Below are positions 39,151 to 45,815 of a stretch of 64,000 nt of DNA, piece after piece. The notes under the pieces were generated by a model. That model was not told the DNA's origin and searched no databases. It was given only the letters and a program-made list of their open reading frames with translations. The translations under genes were made by a program, and so were the position numbers. How positions within the stretch are numbered: position 1 is the first letter of the stretch; every line of letters begins with the position of its first letter. Where the stretch lies: IMG/VR virus record IMGVR_UViG_3300028558_000001, positions 64,001 through 128,000 of that record; one strand, given 5' to 3'. Source of the stretch: a virus.

Positions 39151-39864
39151 TTGTTATCATTTAAGCGATTCATCCTAGAAAAGACCACACTTGAATATCA
39201 TGATGAACTAAACCCTTCATTGTGGTCAGGTTTTCGCTTAAAGAAAGCCGTTAGAAGTAAGTTACTTCAACTAGCCAGAGAATGGCAAACCTTCTCAAAA
39301 ATACCAGACAACATTGTAGTTGACATTATCTTTACTGGAGGTAATGCCAACTACAATTACACTCAAGTATCTGATATTGATGTTCACATTGTTATTGATA
39401 AAAATAATATGTTCCCTGACCGTGAATTTCTAGATGAATATCTAAAAGATAAAAAGTTATTATGGTCCCTCATGCGTCATAACCGAGTAAGAGGATACCA
39501 AGTAGAATTTTACGCTCAAGACCAAGACGATAACTTAGTAGCATCTGCCGTATACTCTTTGAGACATGATAAGTGGATCAAGAAACCAGTACATGGTAAG
39601 TATAACTTCGAAGACGAAGGACTAGAGAAGAAAGTACAAGAGTATCGCACACTAATTGATACTTTCATTGAAAAGGGGGTTGACGCGCAAGACTTTGAAG
39701 TGGTAAAATCTAAACTTAGAGAACTACGTGCCACTTCATTGACGACAGGAGACGAATACTCGGAAGGTAATCTTATTTTCAAATCATTACGAAATGAAGG
39801 TTATCTTGACAAAATCAATTCATATCTTAATTCTCTAAAAGACAGAGAACTAAGTTTAGATTAA
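39151..39864 (+). CDS. Pol-beta-superfamily nucleotidyltransferase
   Basis: hG[GS]..NYNY...SDIDVH motif, third acidic residue in VEFY; N-term MLSFKRFILE. Confidence 0.8.
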   Translation: MLSFKRFILEKTTLEYHDELNPSLWSGFRLKKAVRSKLLQLAREWQTFSKIPDNIVVDIIFTGGNANYNYTQVSDIDVHIVIDKNNMFPDREFLDEYLKDKKLLWSLMRHNRVRGYQVEFYAQDQDDNLVASAVYSLRHDKWIKKPVHGKYNFEDEGLEKKVQEYRTLIDTFIEKGVDAQDFEVVKSKLRELRATSLTTGDEYSEGNLIFKSLRNEGYLDKINSYLNSLKDRELSLD

Positions 39865-39874
39865 AAGGAATTTA

Positions 39875-40051
39875 ATGTTCATAATTACCTATCTATTAAT
39901 AGGGGCTGCACTTGCCCTTTATTCACAACCCCAAGTTGAACGTCTCGCAACCGAAAATAACAAGCATGTGATCACGGCGCTTATCGTGGCTTTCTGGCTT
40001 CCAATGGTCATGCAAATAGTTATAATGAGGAGTAAAAAGGATAATGATTGA
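39875..40051 (+). CDS. Small membrane protein (58 aa)
   Basis: Manual translation MFIITYLLIGAALALY...ALIVAFWLPMVMQIV; AAGGA SD. Confidence 0.5.
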   Translation: MFIITYLLIGAALALYSQPQVERLATENNKHVITALIVAFWLPMVMQIVIMRSKKDND

Positions 40052-40307
40052 TATTGTAATTTATTCCAAGGATAATTGCACATATTGCGAACAGGCCAAG
40101 AATCTTCTAAAAATCAATGACTTAGAATTTCGGGAATTGAAATTAAATGAAGATTTTTCACGCGATGAGATTTTAGAACTATTTCCGACCGCCCGTACCT
40201 TTCCAATTATCGTGATTAATAACACGTACATTGGTGGATATTCACAGTTGACAACCGAAATGGAGCACGGTATAGATAATCTCGGTAAGACGGTGATTTT
40301 GGGCTGA
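40044..40307 (+). CDS. Glutaredoxin
   Basis: YSKDNCTYC..AK, TFP.I, YIGGY. Confidence 0.92.
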   Translation: MIDIVIYSKDNCTYCEQAKNLLKINDLEFRELKLNEDFSRDEILELFPTARTFPIIVINNTYIGGYSQLTTEMEHGIDNLGKTVILG

Positions 40308-40395
40308 GTTAGCCCCTCCATCTTATCAATCACAATTATGTGAAATTATCTGTGGCCATAGAAAAACAAAATGTCCCACGGATGATAAAAATGGG

Positions 40396-40860
40396 ATGGT
40401 GGTTGTTATGATTAATACTATGAGTAAAAATGCCTATATTGCCAAGGATGCACATGTTTTTGGCAATGCAAAAGTGTTTGGTACATCTGTTATGAAAGAT
40501 AGTGCCGTTATTTCTGGCAATGTGAAACTATATGATGCTTGTCAAATTTACGATACTGCTCATATTTCAGGAGATATGAGAGTGGCGGGAACTGCCAAGA
40601 TTTATGGAAACACAAAACTATTTGGAGTTGGTCATATTCAAGGGGAAGCAGATATTTCCTCGTCAAATGATTGGCTTACTATGGTTTATGCCGGGAAGGT
40701 AATAACCATCTACAAGTCCCGCTGTGATACTGGCTTTGAAGTTAACCTTGATGGAGTCAATACTAATCTTGTTGAACTTTCCGTCTTGGTTTCTGATAAG
40801 GTGGCGCGATACCTTAACCAACTGGTTAAGGAGCGGAAGTGGGTCACTAAAAAGAAATGA
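40396..40860 (+). CDS. Left-handed beta-helix (hexapeptide repeat) protein
   Basis: Repeats AHVFGN/AKVFGT/AVISGN/AKIYGN. Confidence 0.7.
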   Translation: MVVVMINTMSKNAYIAKDAHVFGNAKVFGTSVMKDSAVISGNVKLYDACQIYDTAHISGDMRVAGTAKIYGNTKLFGVGHIQGEADISSSNDWLTMVYAGKVITIYKSRCDTGFEVNLDGVNTNLVELSVLVSDKVARYLNQLVKERKWVTKKK

Positions 40861-40911
40861 ACCAGTGAAGGGGATAGAATGAACTATCCCCTTCTAAAGT
40901 AAGGATATATA

Positions 40912-41982
40912 ATGGCGAAGAATAAAAAGAATGCATCTGATTTAGCAGTTATTAATAAAAAATATTTCGGCTCTGAGCCTGTTAGTTTTGATTACTCTTA
41001 TGATGCAATGATGGGCGCATATACCTTTTATAATTATATGTGTGACCTTTCTGATGCTAGAGAATACTTAGTTAAATATCTTCTTGATAATCATCGCAGG
41101 GATGAAGCTAAATCAATCAATAGTCTCAAGGAATGCTGGATTCCGACCACGGCGGCATGGATCGCCCGCGTTATCTCCAATGGTAATGACGTTCCAGATA
41201 CTTCAATTGATTTTATGAATCGTAAAATCAAAGAAGCACTTTCTCATAAAATCGAAGATGAAGATAATCCCAAACCATCTGTACAATCATTTATCTCTGA
41301 TAAGAGCAATGATGTAATTGCTAATATCGAAGATATTATTGATTCTGGATATGACTCCTCATTTTCATATTATAACTATTTCAAGACTCATGAATTATCT
41401 GCCAATATCCTACGAAAAGTCAAGGACTATTATCTTCCCCTCCTAAATGAATATGAGAGCATTTCCGTTGACAGGGATTTGAAGGAAGGCTATCGGTTCC
41501 TTACGAAGAAGGACATTGCGATTCGAGTCGATTATCTCAAGAAGATGTTTTCTGATATTGATACCATTATCAATAACAAGAAGCAGATGCGTAAAAAGCC
41601 AGTACGTACTAAGACAGTCAAGAGTAAGAAAATAAACTTACTTGACTTCCAGTACATGAAGGAAGACGTAGGTAACAAATTAGTATCAGTTGATCCTAGT
41701 AAACTCATTGACAAGCGCGAAGTTTGGTTATATAATACAAAGTATAATGCATTGTCTGTCCTTTATTCTGATGAAGGTTTCTCTATCAAGGGAACTACAA
41801 TTCATAATATTACTGACAAGTCCGTGAGTAAAAAAATCGGAGCTTCGAAAACAAAGGTGTTGACTCGGGTCATGACAGACACTAAGGTACAGCTAAGGAA
41901 GTTGATGGGCGACATTAAGAGTGCCGCTCAAGAGGCAACGGGGCGTACAAATGAAAACGTTTTGATATTAAGAGTGTTTTGA
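40912..41982 (+). CDS. Conserved T4-like hypothetical protein
   Basis: 356 aa; G.EP, SVDP..LI...VWLYNTK, F.IKGTT, TGR.NEN.LILRVF. Confidence 0.65.
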   Translation: MAKNKKNASDLAVINKKYFGSEPVSFDYSYDAMMGAYTFYNYMCDLSDAREYLVKYLLDNHRRDEAKSINSLKECWIPTTAAWIARVISNGNDVPDTSIDFMNRKIKEALSHKIEDEDNPKPSVQSFISDKSNDVIANIEDIIDSGYDSSFSYYNYFKTHELSANILRKVKDYYLPLLNEYESISVDRDLKEGYRFLTKKDIAIRVDYLKKMFSDIDTIINNKKQMRKKPVRTKTVKSKKINLLDFQYMKEDVGNKLVSVDPSKLIDKREVWLYNTKYNALSVLYSDEGFSIKGTTIHNITDKSVSKKIGASKTKVLTRVMTDTKVQLRKLMGDIKSAAQEATGRTNENVLILRVF

Positions 41983-41986
41983 ATAT

Positions 41987-42060
41987 GCGGGTATGGTATA
42001 TAGATTGTGCCTTGGGTTTCCAACCCAATGAAGGGGGTTTGAGTCCCTCTACCCGCTCCA
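41987..42060 (+). tRNA. tRNA-Gly(UCC)
   Basis: Cloverleaf GCGGGTA...TACCCGC-T-CCA; anticodon stem TTGGG/CCCAA with loop TT-TCC-AA. Confidence 0.88.
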
Positions 42061-42069
42061 ATTTCAATT

Positions 42070-42146
42070 GGTTCCGTAGCTCAGCAGGATAGAGCAACTG
42101 ACTTCTAATCAGTAGGTCGTAGGTTCGAGTCCTACCGGGATCGCCA
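42070..42146 (+). tRNA. tRNA-Arg(UCU)
   Basis: Anticodon arm ACTGA-CT TCT AA-TCAGT; GGTTCGAGTCC T-arm; CCA end. Confidence 0.93.
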
Positions 42147-42154
42147 TTTAACAT

Positions 42155-42232
42155 GGACACTTAGCTCAGTTGGTTTAGAGCAACGGACTTTTAATCCGTG
42201 GGTCGAGGGTTCGAATCCCTCAGTGTCTACCA
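42155..42232 (+). tRNA. tRNA-Lys(UUU)
   Basis: Anticodon arm ACGGA-CT TTT AA-TCCGT; GGTTCGAATCC; CCA end. Confidence 0.93.
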
Positions 42233-42251
42233 TTTATGAAAGGAACTCATC

Positions 42252-42419
42252 ATGTTTGGTTTGCTTTGTGAAGGATCAAATAGAGTAACCTGTGAACCTT
42301 GTACTTCTAACGATAAACTATCAATTGTCTATATGGATAGTTTTGGAGAAAGTATTGAAAAGATTTTTTGTGAACATTGTAAGGAACTAATAATTCCTAA
42401 AGAAAGTGGAGCGTGGTAA
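42252..42419 (+). CDS. Small CxxC...CxxC protein (55 aa)
   Basis: Manual translation MFGLLCEGSNRVTCEPC...FCEHCKELIIPKESGAW; AGGA SD. Confidence 0.5.
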   Translation: MFGLLCEGSNRVTCEPCTSNDKLSIVYMDSFGESIEKIFCEHCKELIIPKESGAW

Positions 42420-42749
42420 ATGGGACATTATGATGATTGTCGGGAAGCATATGCAGAAGTGAAAGCTGACGAGGCTAGGGGAACTACTACTTCCTTTCCA
42501 AAGAAAGCACCAGTTGTACCGCCAACGACTAAGAAGCCAAAAGTTATTAAAGATAATAAGTTTATGGTGCTTAGTCATAACCCAAACTATTATAGTTTTG
42601 CTATTGTTAGTAATGAACCAGTGGAATATGAAAAGGCACTTGATGTAGCTAGAGAATCTGCATCTAAAAATATTGGTTATGAATACATTGTTGTTGAATT
42701 TAAGTCTCTTGTTAAGCCTTTTATTAAAACAGATGTAGTAGAATTTTAA
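42420..42749 (+). CDS. Hypothetical protein
   Basis: GGAG SD, coupled to the preceding ORF. Confidence 0.55.
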   Translation: MGHYDDCREAYAEVKADEARGTTTSFPKKAPVVPPTTKKPKVIKDNKFMVLSHNPNYYSFAIVSNEPVEYEKALDVARESASKNIGYEYIVVEFKSLVKPFIKTDVVEF

Positions 42750-42754
42750 GAACA

Positions 42755-42860
42755 TCTTGGTAAGATAAGTAAACGGAGGATGGGAAATGGGTATGTGGAT
42801 AGCAATCCCTGATACCCCACCGGCCAAGACTAGGGGGAGAGTGAAGCTGGCTCTCCCCCG
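42755..42860 (+). ncRNA. Candidate structured RNA within tRNA cluster
   Basis: GC-rich non-coding island with nested pairings TCTTGG/CCAAGA, GGGTAT/ATACCC, GGAT-AGCA-ATCC, then GGGGGAGAG/CTCTCCCCC. Confidence 0.45.
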
Positions 42861-42870
42861 GCGCTATTAT

Positions 42871-42946
42871 CGTCTTGTAGCTCAATTGGTTAGAGCAAGC
42901 ACCTTATAAGTGTTCGATCTGGGTTCAATTCCCGGCAGGACAACCA
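42871..42946 (+). tRNA. tRNA-Ile(UAU), C1:A72 mismatch
   Basis: D-arm TAGCTCAATTGGTTAGAGC, anticodon arm AGCAC-CT TAT AA-GTGTT, T-arm CTGGG-TTCAATT-CCCGG, ACCA end. Confidence 0.8.
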
Positions 42947-42955
42947 ATATTTAAC

Positions 42956-43031
42956 GGGAGTGTAGCTCAATTGGTAGAGCCGGTCGCTCATAACGGCCTC
43001 GTTGTAGGTTCAAGTCCTGCCACTCCCACCA
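42956..43031 (+). tRNA. tRNA with CAU anticodon (probably Ile2; elongator Met possible)
   Basis: GGGAGTG...CACTCCC-A-CCA; anticodon arm GGTCG-CT CAT AA-CGGCC; lacks initiator features. Confidence 0.85.
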
Positions 43032-43055
43032 TAAATATCCATACAAGGAGTATGT

Positions 43056-43508
43056 ATGGATATTTATATTACCGGAAAATCCCCCAAGATTACTAAACCA
43101 GAGATAAAGAAAGCAGTACGATTCTATGGATCGAAATTGCTCCGCTCTGATACTTATGATAAAATATACTTGGAAATCGCCTTGACCTCTCAGACAGATG
43201 GTTTTTATGGCTTTTGTGAGTGGATCGGAACTAATTACCGTCCCAAAGATTTTCTCATAACTCTTAACAATAGATTATGCAGAAAAACAACTCTCCAAAA
43301 TCTAGCACATGAAATGGTTCATCTTAGGCAGTATGCCACTAATCAACTATTTGATTATATGAATAATGATAATGTTAGATGGAAGAAATCATTATATGAT
43401 CAGGACGAAGTTAAATACATGGATCGTCCTTGGGAAATACAAGCTTATGAACTAGAAGATATATTATATGAACAATATGTAAAGGAATTTGATGACAACA
43501 TTACTTAA
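43056..43508 (+). CDS. Zincin-like metallopeptidase
   Basis: LAHEMVHLRQY (HExxH) and PWE.QA; CATAAATA late-like promoter upstream. Confidence 0.75.
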   Translation: MDIYITGKSPKITKPEIKKAVRFYGSKLLRSDTYDKIYLEIALTSQTDGFYGFCEWIGTNYRPKDFLITLNNRLCRKTTLQNLAHEMVHLRQYATNQLFDYMNNDNVRWKKSLYDQDEVKYMDRPWEIQAYELEDILYEQYVKEFDDNIT

Positions 43509-43734
43509 ACAGATAGAAATTAATACTCTAGCATTTGAAGATGATATTGAACGATTGGTTTCTAAAAAGAAGATGACTTATCTGGAAGCAGTTATTCATT
43601 GGACCGAATCAAAGGGGATTGAAGTTGAATACGCTGCAACCCTCATTAAAAAGGACAATGTAATGAAGTCCAAACTTAAGGCCGAAGCGGAAGACCTTAA
43701 TTATATCCATCGCGGAGCCACCTTACCGATTTGA
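43489..43734 (+). CDS. gp33: Late promoter transcription co-activator gp33
   Basis: F...IE.LV...MTYLEAVI......IE.E..A.L.....K.KL..EA..LN; synteny gp33-gp59-gp32. Confidence 0.85.
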   Translation: MMTTLLKQIEINTLAFEDDIERLVSKKKMTYLEAVIHWTESKGIEVEYAATLIKKDNVMKSKLKAEAEDLNYIHRGATLPI

Positions 43735-43740
43735 GTTTAT

Positions 43741-44313
43741 ATGTCAGCACTAACCGTATACTCCGACTACCTAGCTTTAAAAAGACATTTCTCGGATGAG
43801 AAATTTGATTACTTCAAATACGCTAGATTACCTGTCACAGTTGACAGCCTAGAGAAGCGTAAAGATAAGTACTACTTTTTAAAACTCTCTAAAGATAGAG
43901 AGTATAAACACTTCCTAATTGCTAACTTTGTAAAAGATAAAGACTTCTGGATTGGCGATATGTCAAGTCAGGATCGGATTATTACGTTCCAAGAATGGAA
44001 TAAGAAAATCCAATCTCTATCGTATACATTTAGGAATGAGTTGGGAAACCTTGACGAAGACTTCAATTCGAACTTCGTAATCAAGAATAACCAACACCCC
44101 AACGTAGTAAAGTTGTACCTAAAACGAAAGATTTCTCTTGAAACCTTAGTAATACTGGTTGACATTACTAACACGTTCAACTATAATATGCGTAAGTTGG
44201 ATGATGTGATCTGGAAGGATGTTGCTTTCAAGATCAAGAAATATTATCCATTCTTATCTCGTTATTATGCTAAAGAAAAATTAAAGGAAGAAGTTAAAAA
44301 ATATTTCGATTAA
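43741..44313 (+). CDS. gp59: Helicase loader gp59
   Basis: Y..YLALK.HF...FDYFKY, KRKDKY.F.KL, SLSY.F, ISLETL. Confidence 0.9.
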   Translation: MSALTVYSDYLALKRHFSDEKFDYFKYARLPVTVDSLEKRKDKYYFLKLSKDREYKHFLIANFVKDKDFWIGDMSSQDRIITFQEWNKKIQSLSYTFRNELGNLDEDFNSNFVIKNNQHPNVVKLYLKRKISLETLVILVDITNTFNYNMRKLDDVIWKDVAFKIKKYYPFLSRYYAKEKLKEEVKKYFD

Positions 44314-44365
44314 TTTTTCTTATATGGTGTGTGAAAACAATAAATAATGATGAAGCTTTGGCTTC

Positions 44366-44416
44366 TATACAAACATACAGAATATAAACACACAAACATA
44401 TAGGATATACAAACAT
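44366..44416 (+). repeat. A/C-rich ACAAACATA repeats in gene 32 leader (putative autogenous operator)
   Basis: Three copies of ACAAACATA flanking the SD of gp32. Confidence 0.6.
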
Positions 44417-45337
44417 ATGGTAAATTTTGCCCAATTAAAGAAGAACCGTCAGGCTAATTTCGATAAGCTAGTACAAGAGACGGAAAAGTTAGACTCCAAA
44501 CAATTCACCAAAGATGAACGTTTCTGGCAACCAACTGTAGATAAGTCTGGTTCTGGTTATGCTGTTTTCCGCTTTCTACCAGAATATGGTGAGGAAGATA
44601 CTCCATACGTCCGCGTATTCGAGCATGGCTTTAAGGGTCCAACGGGTCAGTGGTATATTGAGAATTCACTAACAACTCTAGGTAAGCCTGATCCACTATC
44701 AGAACTAAACTCTAAGTTATGGAATTCTACTGAGGATGACAACCATCCAAACCGTAAGCAAGCCCGCGATCAAAAGCGTAAGCTAACTTTTATCTCAAAC
44801 ATTTACATGATTTCTGATCCTGCAAATCCTGAGAATAACGGTAAGGTCTTCTTATATAAGTATGGTAAGAAAATCTTTGACAAGCTAAAGGCTAAGATGC
44901 AGCCTGAGTTTGCGGATGAAGTAAAGATCAATCCTTTCGATCTTTGGGATGGCGCTACGTTCCGTCTAAAGATTTCTAAGGTAGCCGGTTATCGTAACTA
45001 CGATAAGTCAGACTTCGATGCAGCCGCACCACTATTTGCGGATGATAAGAAGTTAGAGGAAGTCTATAACAAGATGTATCCTCTAGCTCCATTCATTGAT
45101 CCTTCAAACTTCAAGGATTACAATACTCTCAAGGCACGTCTAGACGTTGTTCTAGGTGCAACTTCTGGTAAGTCATCTGTTGCTTCAACATTTGACGAAG
45201 AGGATGATGAGACAATTCCTTTCGAAACAACTTCCAGAAATCGGAAGACCGAAGCGAAGTCTCATAAGACAAGAGATATTGCTGAGACTGATATTGAAGA
45301 TGACGATGCTTTCATGGCAAGTCTTCTTGCAGATTAA
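44417..45337 (+). CDS. gp32: Single-stranded DNA-binding protein gp32
   Basis: DERFW....DKSGSGYAV.RFLP, HGFKGPTGQWYIENS, GKVFLYKYGKKIFDK, NYDKS.F, acidic tail. Confidence 0.96.
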   Translation: MVNFAQLKKNRQANFDKLVQETEKLDSKQFTKDERFWQPTVDKSGSGYAVFRFLPEYGEEDTPYVRVFEHGFKGPTGQWYIENSLTTLGKPDPLSELNSKLWNSTEDDNHPNRKQARDQKRKLTFISNIYMISDPANPENNGKVFLYKYGKKIFDKLKAKMQPEFADEVKINPFDLWDGATFRLKISKVAGYRNYDKSDFDAAAPLFADDKKLEEVYNKMYPLAPFIDPSNFKDYNTLKARLDVVLGATSGKSSVASTFDEEDDETIPFETTSRNRKTEAKSHKTRDIAETDIEDDDAFMASLLAD

Positions 45338-45343
45338 GTAAAT

Positions 45344-45371
45344 TAAAGGAGGGGAAATTTCCCCTCCTTTA
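45344..45371. terminator. Intrinsic terminator (perfect palindrome, likely bidirectional)
   Basis: TAAAGGAGGGGAAATTTCCCCTCCTTTA directly after the gp32 stop. Confidence 0.8.
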
Positions 45372-45386
45372 TCTTATTATGAGTAC

Positions 45387-45415
45387 TTGACAGGTACGTT
45401 GAGTGCGTGTACTGT
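45387..45415 (+). promoter_or_regulatory. Sigma70-type promoter
   Basis: TTGACA-17-TACTGT with TG extension, upstream of GGAGG SD and ORF 45456. Confidence 0.6.
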
Positions 45416-45455
45416 GATTGATACAGTGATTAATTCTAATTAATGGAGGTTTGTT

Positions 45456-45815
45456 ATGTTTAAAAAGTTTATGACTGCCGTGGCCGTATTTGGTTTGATG
45501 GCAATTACGAGTCCTGCCTTTGCAGAAGCAGCAGCAAAAACAAGTGAATGCACTGATCCAAAAAACTTTTCAGCCATGTTGGGTAGTAGTGGCTTCAAAC
45601 CTCTTATCATTGCAATGGACGTTGATAAGAATATGAACCAATTTGAGGTTCTAGTTAATAGTGAAACAAATGAAGTAATCGTTATCAATTATAATGTCAA
45701 TAAGCATGATGATCCCATCAGTAAAGTTTGTTTTACTGTATATGGGAATCATGTACATGTTGATAATGATGGACTTGCTTCCGTATACGACAAATACATG
45801 CCAACTCCTAAGTAA
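45456..45815 (+). CDS. Exported/periplasmic hypothetical protein
   Basis: Sec signal peptide MFKKFMTAVAVFGLMAITSPAFA; two Cys. Confidence 0.65.
   Translation: MFKKFMTAVAVFGLMAITSPAFAEAAAKTSECTDPKNFSAMLGSSGFKPLIIAMDVDKNMNQFEVLVNSETNEVIVINYNVNKHDDPISKVCFTVYGNHVHVDNDGLASVYDKYMPTPK

Noticed and set aside
41915-42160. Minus-strand 81-aa ORF
   Set aside because: Antisense to the tRNA-Gly and tRNA-Arg genes.
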